A stretch of DNA of 64,000 bases from positions 14,942,001 to 15,006,000 of the forward strand of contig JBHGNT010000020.1 of assembly GCA_043228905.1 (NCBI GenBank), written 5' to 3'. Under the pieces are notes generated by a model. That model was not told where the DNA came from and did no database searches. It saw only the letters and a program-made list of their open reading frames with translations. Origin of the DNA: Azolla caroliniana (Eukaryota; Plantae; Polypodiophyta). The position numbers and the translations under genes are program-made. Each line of letters begins with the position of its first letter. The stretch's first letter is position 1. This document shows positions 26,650 through 40,020 of this stretch, piece after piece.

Positions 26650-28480
26650 TGTTCCATTTAAATATAGGTTGTTCCATTTACATTTCTTTGTTCAAATCAC
26701 CATGGAGGAATACCATTTTACGGAAACAAAGGGTTTCCATTTTCATCATTACTACAAAAATCTCATCAAAATCGAAGCCATTGTCTTGTCAAGAACCCTT
26801 TGAAACATTTTTGCTTGATGTTGATGAACCAAATCAGATGTCTGGTTGAGTTAGAAGACCCACTCCCACTATAGTGTTTGTTTATTCTTCCGTACTAGGA
26901 CCAAGTTTGAAGTTTTGTTTTCTCGAATTTATTTCATCTCTAACTCCATAGCTAGTTACCAATTAGCAGTTGTTGTCATTGCTTCTTGGTACTAAGTTGA
27001 AGGTTCATTAGCACATGTGTGGAAAATGTCAAATGATTACTATTCTTGAAAGTGGATGAGATGGTCTCTAGGATGTGCATGGTAAGATTGGGCTCATTGG
27101 ATCATCACTACTTATCTCTTTTGTAGCATTATGGGTGACAACTGTTGTTGGTATGATTTGAAGTGCATGCTCATATACTTGCTGAGTAGATAATCAAGTA
27201 TGTTGAGTTGGGCCGTTAAGAGTAGCAATTAGATAGGCATAGGGAACCCATTAAAGTTCGATAAGGAGTTTAATTGCTTTTTGCATTATCTAACCATTAA
27301 AGACAATGCTTGAACATCAACCAATTTGTCTTGTCTAGAGGTCTTATAGTCGATGACCAATGTTGTGATTGGAACAATAACCAAGAAAGATGTGCTTTCG
27401 GCAAAAAGATTCCAACTTTCTTCTCTCATCCTTAGGCACAAGGGCCCTAAATATCTGCAACTTTTTCTTGTCGGGATATTTTTCGATACAAATCTCTTGT
27501 AGGATCTTGAAGTTCAGGATTCTACTCGGCAAAATGTTAATTATATGCACTACATTGAGTAGAACCTCTAGCTAGAAACCATATGATAGACTAGAATACT
27601 TTAGATTCTCCTGAATAACTTCATTCATCTATTTAGCAATTCCATTTTGCTATTGAATTACATATCTCCTCTATTATTAGGTCGTAGGCATTTCATCTTT
27701 TGATCTGTCTCATTTCTCAAGCATTGCAAGGTAGTCTTGAAAGAGGGCTGAAGGCATTGTTTTTTATTCTCATAAGATAGGCATACACCTTCCTAAGATC
27801 ATCATCAATGAACGCGATGAGCTAAGAGGCACGAAAAAACTGATACGGCATGAGGTCTATATGTCACATCAATTTTGATTCTCTTGGTGTGTTTCCCGGA
27901 TGAGATGAGGATGCATGTTACTGTATTGACAATGCTCACAAAACTAATGGTCATAATAGGAGAGTTGAGGAATGCATCCAGCCTCATATACTAGATGCAT
28001 GATGTTGATCTTGCTCAAGTGTTTTGTCTTGTCGGAGAAGCATTTCATCAACATTAGAAGCTGGCCATTCCTTTCTTCAAACTCATTAAACATAGATGTT
28101 ACACTCTATTCTAAAAACTCTACGCATTTAATGAGGTCCCAATGGGTCATACATCTTGCATTGTCAAGGGTGAAGTTCACAAGCAAAGCCCATGTGAGTT
28201 ACACCCAAGTCATGTGGGTGGCCTTTCTTTTTGAAATCCAAGCTTGCAACATGGTCAACAACACAACATCCAAAGAATGTAACAAATTTTGCTTCCAAAA
28301 GGCCTTTGCAAAGCATTTCACATTTGCAAACCTCGAGGAACTTAAAGGTGTTCCTTTGGTTTATTGACTTATAACTTTTATGATGTTATTAATCTCTTTT
28401 CGTAGGCCCGTCCTATCATCTCTTGTGCACGATCAACAGTCGGCATGCATAAGTTAGGCAAAATGGCCACATGGTTTTGA
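26650..28480 (-). mobile_element. Highly degenerate Ty1/Copia pol relic
   Basis: Minus-strand integrase C-terminal/SH3 motif FRALVPKDERRKLES..HIFLGY (27344-27550) and a GAG-pre-integrase-like FCEHCQY near 27930. Many stops. Confidence 0.7.
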
Positions 28481-29317
28481 AACATAGGAGGATTTGTTTT
28501 GCATCAAAAAGATATTACATTAGTATTAATAAATCACCCATTAGTCAAATCACTCCATCTTATAAATAAATAAAAGCAAATAAATTATACCTTGATCCCA
28601 TGTGGCATGAAACTTGCATTGTTGCAATCTATTGAGTGTCATGTTTTATCTTATCCAAACAACCTCTTAGATTATATATAGTTTCTTTGATTGTCAGAGG
28701 AAGCATTTTTTGTCATATTTTGAAGTTCTTTCAAGCACCCTTCCTTGCAAATATACCAAATCATAATGCTACTTACCAGTTGCCATGTTTTAAATTTACG
28801 AATCACTACTTTTTGGATTCACTCGTATATTTGTTTTTTGCATCTAAATATGTTATACAGAAACATAATTCATCGTAGCATTGCCCCTCATGTACACATC
28901 GCTTGAGGTCGCTATTAAGATTCTTAAAATCCTTTTCTATATTTCCATTGCAACAACACAACTCCACAAACAATGCTTATTGGTCTTCCTTGGATGTCTA
29001 CATTCACACCTTCACTCACAAATTGGTACAACTCTACAAATTGGCTCATATTTCATGATCAATATACTCGAATTGGTCACCTTCTTACTTTTTTTGGCTT
29101 TTTTCTCAATGTTTTTTATGTAACATTACATTTAAAAATGGGTGATTTTCGCCTACTTTTGCAGAACTATACCTTAGTTTTTAGGTTTACATTGTTTATT
29201 TTTAAGTTTTTTGATATACCATTGTGTTATTACTTGTTGTTTTCAATGAATCACAACAGAAGGTCCCATCCTTCAAATTGGCGATTCCCTCCTCAATAAA
29301 AAAACCTTCTGACACCA

Positions 29318-30250
29318 TGCCCAAGCCTGACTCACGAAAAACGTTTATTGAGTCAGGAGGTGTTGGGCTTCAAACACTTTAGGCAAAAAGAGTAGTGGGG
29401 AGCCTCGCCTGAAGAGCTACCCTCATGTCGAGTGGACATTAATCTATACCGAGGAAGAGGAAGATTTTCTCCTTATTTTTTCAAAATCTTAAGGTGAGGG
29501 CAAGTTGCAGGTGGGGAAGACCTTCATCTATGACCATTTAAAGAACATTGAATACGAGGACAATAACTCATCGAACATCTTGTTCGATGTTGATAGCTCG
29601 GTGGGGATGCGCAGAGTCAGGATAGATGAACAAAATTCCGTAACTAAATCCTCCCACTCGAAAGCTTTGAAAAAAAGTGTTCAAACCAAAAATAATTGGA
29701 TTGTTGCTTTGCACCCTCATATTAAGGGAGAGTTGATGGTCGCGCAAGCAACCACACCACCAAAGTCTGACAATAAATCAAAACCGGAACATAAGAAGTA
29801 CAAGAAAAAGCATCAACCTGAGGAGGACGAGCCCGAGGTACTTGAGTTTGTGGAAGATGAGGAGGAAGATACTGAGCTCAAAGTTATTCCTCCAAGGGGG
29901 CCACATTGCATCGGGTATACTCACCTCAGACCAAAATCGGATCAGAGAAAAATTGTAAAGACAAAGCTTGTCCGTAAAGGACAACTATTTCACTTGTCGA
30001 TCTCCTCTATTCAGAGGCCACCCATTGATCTTGTAACAGGAAGACGAGCTCTAGAAATAAGAGAGCCACATTCAGTGCATGTAGAAAACTTAAAAAGTAA
30101 AATGAAAATAAATCCACATGCCACTGTAGTGCCATTCTTAGTAATGGTAGACCCTGATTAATGCCCAACTGTTGCTGACTTTAAGTACAGTTCGGCTGAT
30201 GACTACACATACTACGTGATTGGAGGATCCCACTTTGCTGAAGCAAACTA
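29318..30250 (+). pseudogene. Truncated intronless ORF with a ParB/sulfiredoxin-like N-terminal domain signature, probably transposon-borne
   Basis: ORF 29505-30161, read through one stop, gives LEIREPHSVHVENLKSKMKINPHATVVPFLVMVDPD*CPTVADFKYSSADDYTYYVIGGSHFAEA. A Lys-rich and an acidic tract precede it. Confidence 0.5.
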
Positions 30251-30275
30251 AAAAGTGAGACATGGATGAGGGTAG

Positions 30276-30776
30276 AAAACTAAAAATAATTAAAATGAAA
30301 CAGATCAAGTGTACAATAATAATCACTTAATTAAGGCCGCTTCTACATTTTATAACATTTGTTTTGAGGTTTACTCATTAATGAAAGGGAAAAAATCGTC
30401 GGTCACTCTGTCATGGCTGCAGATATTAAATTTTTTTTCGGATGCAACACAAGGTAATGAAATTAATAACATTTACTTTTAATACCATTGTTTTTCGTCT
30501 TGTGTTTGAAAACAATGTCTTTTATAATGTAGGCCTTGCCTATGTACATGATGGATGTAACATCATCCATCGAGAGGTGAAGAGCAGCAATACATTATTA
30601 TCGAGCAATCTAGAAGGGAAAATGTCTTATTTGGGAATATAAAAAATCATATCGAATGATCTTAGTAATGCAGCAACAAGGATTGTTGGTACTATGGGAT
30701 ATCTAGATCCAGAGTAAGTACTTCTTAAACTATAGATAATTGCTAAAGTTAATTAGAAATGGTTATCTTAAAATAA
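30276..30776 (+). pseudogene. Pseudogene copy of RLK-A, kinase exons VIa-VIII
   Basis: Colinear with ~15080-15592 including introns. HRD has become HRE, DFG has become YLG, and there is a premature TAA at ~30640. Confidence 0.92.
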
Positions 30777-31879
30777 AGGACCTAAAACAAGCTCCTAGAC
30801 TTTGGTACAAAAAGTTTGACTCTGTAATGTTGAACCATGGGTATAATAGAACAAACACAGACCATTGTGTGTTTGTTAAGAAATTCCCAGATGGGGATTT
30901 TGTCATTTTGCTCTTGTATGTTCATGATATGTTGATCGTTGGTTAAGACACCAACAAGATCTTTTGCCATGAAAGACTTCGAACCAGCCAAGCAAATCCT
31001 TCGGATGAAGATAACCAGGGACAGGGCAAGCAAAAGACTTTGGTTGTCTCAAGAAAAGTACATTGAGAAGGTACTTGAGAGATTCAACATGGCTAAGAGT
31101 AAGCCAGTCAACCCTCCACTCGCGGGCCACTTTAAACTTACTAAAGCTCAATGCCCTACGAGTGATGAAGAGCAAGAAGGAATGAAACAAATCCCATATG
31201 CCTCTGCACTCGGTAGTTTAATGTATGCTATGGTATGCACGAGGCCGGACATCGCTCACGCAATTGGTGTAGTGAGCCGTTTTCTCTCGTACCCTGGAAA
31301 AGATCATTGGGAAGCAGTGAAATGGATCCTATGATATCTTAGGGGTACCCCAAGAGTCTGTCTAAAATTTGGTGAGAACCAAACTATATTAGATGGATAT
31401 ACAGATGCTGATATGGCTGGTGATGTTGACTCCAAAAAGTCTACATCTGGTTACCTAATGATCTTTACAGGGGGAGCGGTCTCTTGGCAATCGAGATTGC
31501 AAAAATAGGTGGCATTATCCACAACGGGGGATGAGTATATTTCTACCACAAAAGCTAGTAAGGAATTGTTATGGCTAAAGAAATTCCTACAAGAGTTGGG
31601 GCTGACCCACACACGGTACATTTTGTATTGTGATAGCCAAAGTGCTATCCACTTAAGCAACAATTCTTCATTTCACTCTAAGTCAAAGCACATAATTTGA
31701 TGTTAGATACCATTGGATTAGAGATGTGCTTGAAGAAAAGAAAATGCACATGGAGAAGATACATACCAATGAGAATGGCTCTTACATGATGACTAAAAGT
31801 TTGTGAAGGGAGAAGCTTGAAGTTTGCAAACAAAAGGCAAACTTGGTTGTGCCCCCCACTTGAGACGGAGGGGGAGAAT
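30777..31879 (+). mobile_element. Ty1/Copia 3' pol fragment (RT-RNaseH and PPT), upstream unit of a tandem element
   Basis: LKQAPRLWY, LLLYVHDMLIVG, CTRPDIAHA and LYCDSQSAIHL motifs; PPT ggagggggag at 31867-31876. Near-identical to 35700-36608. Confidence 0.92.
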
Positions 31880-31978
31880 TTTTGGGGCTTGTCCACTCAA
31901 GTGGAGCCCACAACATTGAGTCAGTTGAACGCTGAATAAGCTTAAGGAAAGTTATAATTAGTTGTATTTACATATATA

Positions 31979-32012
<34 letters not shown>

Positions 32013-32793
32013 CCTTTTTTCTTTTTTGTATGTTTTTTTGGGTGTGTGTCTTTTTTGTGTGTTTGTGTGTGAACATAGATATAAACGTTGGACTACAAGA
32101 AGACAAAAGCTGAAAAATAGAAAAATAAGAAAGGAGAGACAGCGTGACTTGTTTGTAGAGAGAAAAACAGAGAACGAAAAAACAGATTTTCTGAGAGAAA
32201 ACAGAGAGTGAAAAACAGAGCGTGTTACAGAGAAAAACTTCACATGAGTGAACAGAACTAAGGCTGGAAAAACAGAGATTCGAGAAGAAGAGGTGTGTGA
32301 CAAAAAAACACAACAAAGCTTCTGCAACAAAACAGAAACAAGTGTGAGAGCTCGAGAACAGGGTGATCGAGAGCGAGGATTCGTTGCAAGTGTAAAGACG
32401 GAGATCTAGCGAGGTGTTGTCTGGACTACCCAAAAGAGTCACAACAACTCTTCTGTCCACTTGTAACAAGTTTATTTGTTCTGTGTTTTTGGTTATTTTT
32501 TCTGTTGTTTATCCTATCTGGTAGGGTGAATATTGTATCCAAGGCGGTAGCCTTGAAATATATGTGCATATCTCTAGAGTAAGCTTTCAAGGCTGTCAAC
32601 ACCTTGTATACTCAGAAAATAGTGAATTAGTTTCGAAACCTAAGGTTCCCGTGGTTTTTCCCAAATTTGGGGTTTTCCACGTTAAATCTCTGTGTACTCT
32701 CTTATTTCGTCTTGTGGTTTCATATATTGTTTATCAAGTGTGAATTGTGTTTGAAAGTTTAAATTATCCCAATTCCGCTCCATATTCCCAACA
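31880..32793 (+). repeat. Copia LTR (central, shared by two units)
   Basis: Preceded by a PPT and followed by a PBS. Ends CCCAACA. Confidence 0.92.
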
Positions 32794-35700
32794 AGTGGTA
32801 TCAAAGTGAGGTTCATACCTCCGCAAAGACTTGGAATATGGATGAATCATTAGGTGGGCTGATTAAACTGACGGGATCCAACTACCCCATTTGGAAGTCC
32901 AAAATGAGGGACATGTTGGTATGTAAGGACATGTGGTTGTCCGTACTACATGGTCAACCAACAAGATGTATCTATGTAAGAACATAGATACACTATCCTA
33001 GGATGCCATGCATCTAAGGACATCTGCATACATCCGATGTTTTATAGACATGAGTCTATATAACAATTTCTGTGATGAAACCAAAGCACACAAGTTATGG
33101 AGAAAAATCGAGAGTATGTTTCAGACCCAAAATGCTTTGAATAGAGTCTCTGTGTTTAGGAAACTTGTAAGACTTAGGTATCAAGATGGATCCAGTATGG
33201 CAGAGCATCTTAATATGTTTCAAGGACTTATAAGTCAAACTGTCTCTCTAGATATACCTCTAGAAAATGAGGTGTTGACCTTGTTATTGTTAGGCTCTCT
33301 CCTAGATAGTGGGGAAACCCTTGTTGTGACGCTTGGGACTGCAACGCAACAAAAGGACCAAACATTGAACATGCTTAAGTCGAATCTTCTACATGAAGAA
33401 GCACGACGAAAGGAGCAGGACTCCAACTTTGACCATAAAGTCTTAGTCATAGAAAACAACTCCTCTAGAGGAAGAAACCATGCTAGGGGTCCACAAAATC
33501 ATAGAAATAATTCTAAGGGGAGGTCAGAAAGATTTTTCATGTCGTTATGGTGGTGGTCCAAACCATTATGAGAGAGATTGTTGGAAGAAAAAGAAAGACC
33601 AAAAGAAAGGAACCACCGATAATAAGAGCAATGACCTCACTACAGCCACTTGTGATGGCAACATTGTCATTGCTTGTGATGACGTGTGTGTGAGCTTAGC
33701 ATGCCAACAAACTGATTGGATTATTGACTCGTGAGCCTCGTATCACATCACTCCATACCGAGAGATGTTCTCATCATATGCCGGTGGTGACTTTGGCAAA
33801 GTAAAAATGGCTAACCACGGCATAACAAAGGTTGTTGGCATAGGAAATATAATTCTAACCACGAACACGAGTTGCAAACTAGTATTAAATGACGTTAAGC
33901 ATGTACCGGACATTCGGCTGAATATTATTTCAGCCGATAAGCTTGATGATGAGGGTTACACAAATTCCTTCAGTGAAGGAAAATGGAAGCTCATCAAAGG
34001 CTCGCTAGTATTAGCAAGATGCCTAAAAGAGAATTCCCTCTATGTAATGCATGCTATGGTGTCCAGTGGAGAGGTGAATGTCGCCGATAAGGAAGTTCCT
34101 ATTGAACTGCGGCACAAGAGACTTGGGCACATGAGTCAAAAAGAATTCGAGGTGCTAGCTAGAAAGAACATCCTACCTATGATAAGAGGTATGCACTTAG
34201 AATCTTGTGTTGATTTCTTGGCCGGCAAACAACACAGAGTTGCCTTTTAGCACCTACCCCCCAAAAGAAAATTTCATCCATTGGAATTGGTGCACACGGA
34301 CTTGTGCTATATGAAAGATAGAACTCTTGGGGGAGCATTGTACTTTGCCACGTTTATCGATGACTTCTTGAGGAAGTTGTGGTGTTTTGCATTAAAGACT
34401 AAAGATCAAGTGTTTGAAATCTTTAGGAACTTTCATGTAAGTGTGGAAAGAGAAACAAGAAGAAAGCTTAAATGTATCCGTTCCGATAACGGCGGTGAAT
34501 ATTAGGGACAATTTGAGGAATATTGTCGTGAGCATGGTATTAGATTAGAGAGAAGTTTCCCGAAAACACCTCAACACAATGGCGTGGCTGACAGGATGAA
34601 TAGGACAATTTGTGAGTGGATAAGATGCATGCTATCCCACTGAAAATTACCGAAATCTTTTTGGGGTTAAGCAATGAGGACTGTCGTTGACCTCATAAAC
34701 CTGTCCCCATCAATCCCGTTGGGTGGTGATGTACCCGAGAGGGTTTGGACAGGTAAGGAGGTGTCATACAAACACTTAAGAGTGTTTGGTTGCAAGGCTT
34801 ATGTCCACATCCCAAAAGATGAAAGATCCAAGCTTGATGACAAATGCAAACCATGCATATTTTTGGGATACGGCCATGAGGAATTCGGCTATAGAATTTA
34901 TGACCTAGTAGAGAAGAAGGTCATTAGAAGCAGGGATGTGGTATTCCTTGAGGATCAGACCTTACAAGATCCGGAGCCGAATGAAATGCCGAATCTCACC
35001 CCTGATTTTTCAGTCACCGAACACCCAATGCCTGCCCCAGACACACAAGGTCATGGGGGAGATACCGAGGAGTATGATGATACGGATGATGATGCAGCCG
35101 ACAATGATGATGGGCAAAATCATGACCATCATACTCTAGGTGACATTTCAGCAGCACCTCCGGAAGAGGAAGAGGTTAGAAGGTCTATGAGACAAAGAAG
35201 ACCTTGAAGACCTTCTACTAGATACAGCCCACATGAATATGGAGGAGAGCCAAAAAGCATTAGAGAAACTATGGCAAATGATCATGAGGAATGGCTTGAC
35301 GCCATGAATGATGAGATGAAGTCTTTGCAAGACAATCACACTTATGATCTTGTAAAGTTGCCTAAGGGCAAGAGAGTGTGGAAAAACAAATGGGTTTACA
35401 GGCTCAAGACTGAGGAACATTGCTCACAGCTAAGATACAAGGCAAGATTGGTTGTGAAGGGGTTCAACCAGAAAAAGGGAATTGATTTCGAGGAGATTTT
35501 CTCACTAGTCGTGAAGATGTCCTTGATCAGAGTTGTACTTGGGATCGCAACCAGTCTCGATCTAGAAATCGAGCAACTTGATGTAAAAACCGCCTTCCTC
35601 TATGGCGATTTGCAAGAAGAGATTTACATGGATCAACCCAAAGGGTTTGGAGTCAAAGGTAAGGAAAACCTAGTATGCAAGTTAAAGAAGAGCTTGTATG

Positions 35701-36608
35701 GCCTAAAACAAGCTCCTAGACTTTGGTACAAAAAGTTTGACTCCTTTATGTTGAACCATGGGTATAATAGAACAAACACAGACCATTGTGTGTTTGTTAA
35801 GAAATTCCCAGATGGGGATTTTGTCATTTTGCTCTTATATGTTGATGATATGTTGATCGTTGGTCAAGACACCAACAAGAACTTAGCTAAGCTCAATGCC
35901 CTACGAGTGATGAAGAGCAAGAAGGAATGAAACAAATCTCATATGCCTCTGCACTCGGTAGTTTAATGTATGCTATGGTATGCACGAGGCCGGACATTGC
36001 TCACGCAATTGGTGTAGTGAGCCGTTTTCTCTCGAACCCCGGAAAAGATCATTGGGAAGTAGTGAAATGGATCCTATGATATATGAGGGGTACCTCAAGA
36101 GTTTGTCTAAAATTTGGTGAGAACCAAACTATATTAGATGGATATACAGATGCTGATATGGCTGGTGATGTTGACTCCAAAAAGTCTACATCTGGTTAGC
36201 TAATGATCTTTACAGGGGGAGCGGTCTCTTGGCAATCGAGATTGCAAAAATGTGTGGCATTATCCACAACGGAGGCTGAGTATAAAGCTAGTAAGGAATT
36301 GTTATGGCTAAAGAAATTCCTACAAGAGTTGGGGCTGACCCAAGCATGGTACATTTTGTATTGTGATAGCGAAAGTGCTATCCACTTAAGCAACAATTCT
36401 TCCTTTCACTCTAAGTCAAATCACATTGATGTTAGATACCATTGGATTAGAGATGTGCTTGAAGAAAAGAAAATGCACATTGAGAAGATACATACCAATG
36501 AGAATGGCTCTTACATGATGACTAAAAGTTTGTGAAGGGAGAAGCTTGAAGTTTGCAAACAAAAGGCAAAATTGGTTGTGCCCCACACTTGAGACGAAGG
36601 GGGAGAAT

Positions 36609-36707
36609 TTTTGGGGCTTGTCCACTCAAGTGGAGCCCACAACATTGAGTCGGTTGAACGCCGAATAAGCTTAAGGAAAGTTATAATTAGTTGTATTTAC
36701 ATATATA

Positions 36708-36743
<36 letters not shown>

Positions 36744-37538
36744 TGTATGTATGTATGCCTTTTTTCTTTTTTGTATGTTTTTTTGGGTGTGTGTCTTTTT
36801 TGTGTGTTTGTGTGTGAACATAGATATAAACGTTGGACTACAAGAAGACAAAAGCTGAAAAAAAGAAAAAAAAAGAAAGGAGAGACAGCGTGACTTGTTT
36901 GTAGAGAGAAAAACAGAGAACGAAAAAACAGATTTTCTGAGAGAAAACAGAGAGTGAAAAACAAAGCGCGTTACAGAGAAAAACTTCACATGAGTGAACA
37001 GAACTAAGGCTGGAAAAACAGAGATTCGAGAAGAAGAGGTGTGTGACAAAAAAACACAACAAAGCTTCTGCAACAAAACAGAAACAAGTGTGAGAGCTCG
37101 AGAACAGGGTGATCGAGAGCGAGGATTCGTTGCAAGTGTAAAGACGGAGATCTAGCGAGGTGTTGTCTGGACTACCCAAAAGAGTCACAACAACTCTTCT
37201 GTCCACTTGTAACAAGTTTATTTGTTCTGTGTTTTTGGTTATTTTTTCTGTTGTTTATCCTATCTGGTAGGGTGAATATTGTATCCAAGGCGGTAGCCTT
37301 GAAATATATGTGCATATCTCTAGAGTAAGCTTTCAAGGCTGTCAACACCTTGTATACTCAGAAAATAGTGAATTAGTTTCGAAACCTAAGGTTCCCGTGG
37401 TTTTTCCCAATTTGGGGTTTTCCACGTTAAATCTCTGTGTACTCTCTTATTTCGTCTTGTGGTTTCATATATTGTTTATCAAGTGTGAATTGTGTTTGAA
37501 AGTTTAAATTATCCCAATTCCGCTCCATATTCCCAACA
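36609..37538 (+). repeat. Copia 3' LTR
   Basis: Near-identical to 31880-32793 apart from (TATG)n length and a few substitutions. Confidence 0.92.
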
Positions 37539-37850
37539 ATCGATTCCGAAAATAATATTAGAATCAAATAGAAATTCAAGAGTTGTTAAACTTAATTCCT
37601 TTTTGAATTTCTTAGGCAAGACCCTCATAAGGGCAAGGTATGATCCAAGAAGGGTTCGATGATCAACTTAAAGATTAATATAATTTGTCATCTATTTGGA
37701 AAGTTGCAGAGGTTGCCATGGCCTACGTCCAAAGGGATGGGATAAACGGACCTACAATATACACCGTTTGTAGTGAGCTATGTGAAGCCATAAAAATAGA
37801 AGACCACCAGAGAAGTTTTTTCCTTACATATAAATGTCCAAGCTCGATGA
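37539..37850 (+). pseudogene. Pseudogene copy of RLK-A, last intron and last kinase exon
   Basis: Colinear with ~15855-16192 ([23 protein letters not shown]), with stops and deletions. Downstream 37850-39390 is homologous to the A-B spacer 16193-18070. Confidence 0.92.
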
Positions 37851-39504
37851 GGAACAATAGGGATGGGTACCGAAATTTAGATTTATATGCAAAATAAAGT
37901 TGTCAGTGCATAACAATCTATGAGATAAATACGCAAGTCTTTGTCTTCGACGTACAAGTACATACTATGGTCTAAAATGTACTATATTCAATATAGAGCC
38001 AAATCACGAATTTCTAAGCCAGATTGTAATCTTCTATACATTTCTTGAGATCGAAAAGTCAATGCTTCCCCATTGTGCTTTACCATGTAATGCCTACTCT
38101 TTCACAATGTAATTATATTCTATTCGTTCCTCAATATAATTTGCTTTAGTAGAACTATTCTTTTTATGTTCAATTGGGTTTTATTTTCCCAAAGTGAATT
38201 CTACCTTAATTTTTGGTAGATCACAGCATAAAATATGTTCAGATTGTTAATTGTCATGATCATGGGGAAATAATATTATACTAATAATATGCTTGTTTTC
38301 TGAATATGACATGAAATGAATTTAGGTTTAATTATGATGATATTTGAGAATACTAGCCATGCTTTTGTTTGGCATTTGTATTGTGAAGCTTTTGCTTGGA
38401 TTTGTTTACACTCTTTTTAAGGAGGTTTTGCGCAATAATTCATATAACACAAAATTCTAGTAAAAAGAAGAAGAACATAATTAATCTAATGGATGTCACT
38501 TGCAAATCCAAGGATTTTTAGACTTAATTGTATAACGATTCATTAACGTTTTAATTTATAGACCAATTGCACACAAGAACTTAATCAATAGCTTCTATTA
38601 TCAATAGTTAATTAGAATTTACGCAACATTTATTTATGCATTGATATTAGAAGGATTCCGCATACATCCCAACAACTTAACATTGTTTGATGCAAGAGTA
38701 GTTCAATACTACCCATTAAACAAAATGTTTTTGACATGTTTCTCTCCTACACTAATTCTTTTGCAAAAAAACTTTGATGTAGTTGTGTCATGACCGAAGG
38801 CTCAATTAGCAAGCCCATTGTTGCTGAACCTCACCATAAAGTGATAGTTTAATTGTTTGTATTGTTTTAGCCACATTTCCACGATTGATGTTATAAAATC
38901 ATATGTTGCTCTTGTAGGATGAAAGTGGATGTAGGAGTGAACGTTGGAACGATCAATGTCATGAATGCAATGAAGGAAGCTTTCTTGTCCACTGCGAAAG
39001 AACGATCAAACCCTAAAATTTTGGACATGCTAGTAATCAATATATTGTGGGTATTTTTTGAAAAACCTTTATGCATGGGGCGCCTGTTTTTGTTTTACGA
39101 CCTATTTTGTACCTTTTTTTGACGGATAGTTCTTAAAATGCGACATATTACCTGTTCATAATGACCCGGCATTTTTATGAAAAGCATTCATAGTACATGT
39201 AAGTTGCATTATATACATGAGCTTGCTTTTTATGGTTTGTTTTGCATTATTTGTCAAACTTCTTATAGAAATTCTACAAGAAGTGTGACAATGCTTACAA
39301 AATAGTTGATTATTTGTCAAACTTCTTATAGTTGAAGAAAAAAGATTTAGATTTTTTTGAAAAAAGATTTTTTTTTGTAAACTTTTGGGTTCATAGATTG
39401 GTATAATGTGGTAGGTTTATTCTTCAACGTGTAAATATATTTTCAAGAGATAATATAAAAAAAGAGAGGCAAGGGGGGGGGAGGGGAGATAGAGATCGCA
39501 AATA

Positions 39505-40020
39505 TTGCACCTTGGGTGGATTGGCAGTTACAGAATGGTGCCCGCTTGTTACAAGTCACTACAAATATATTGTATCATAATTGGTTATCACCTAAAGCAG
39601 AAAAAGTATGGAATGTATGTAGGTCAAATGCAAGGTGGTGGAAAATATTACAATGTAGTTGGCATCCCCATCAACCATTTCGTGCAAAGGTATTCATATG
39701 GAGACTCATGATTGTTTGGCTGCCAATAGCTTTACCCTCAAAGAGATGAGGACTAGGGTAAGGCACTTGTTTCTTTTGCACCATTCCATCATTGGAGGGC
39801 AGTACACATAGGTTCATTACATGTCCTATCGCATCATTACATGTCCTATAGCATGTACCATTTGGTCCATTAGAGATCTAAGTGCAGTTTGACTAATAAA
39901 CTGGAAAGATGCTTTATATATCTTATGTGAGTTGGGCTCCTTCCTTCCATATTTTATATAGGAACGAGCATGTGGATTGCTTGACCACATCGAATCCATA
40001 CAGTTGCCACTCAGCACGTT
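39505..40020 (+). mobile_element. 3' fragment of a LINE (L1-like) ORF2, zf-RVT domain, just upstream of RLK-C
   Basis: W..PFRAKVFIWRLMIVWLPIALPSKR*GLG*GTCFFCTIPSLEGSTHRFITCP fits the K.F.WR....LP...L..RG...C.FC....E...H.F..C pattern. Confidence 0.75.

Larger units (their letters stand above)
31880..37538 (+). mobile_element. Full-structure but decayed Ty1/Copia LTR retrotransposon (Tnt1/Tork-like protein)
   Basis: LTRs 31880-32793 and 36609-37538. PBS tggtatcaaag (tRNA-iMet type) at 32796. Contains gag, protease WIIDS, integrase (VHTDL, RSDNGGEY), RT (YKARLVVKG, YVDDML), RNaseH and a PPT. Multiple stops and an RT deletion. Confidence 0.95.

Noticed and set aside
31942-32469. Hydrophobic 175-aa ORF (and its twin at 36687-37215) as a possible env-like gene
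   Set aside because: It lies antisense within the AG-rich LTR, and the frame is not conserved between the two LTRs.
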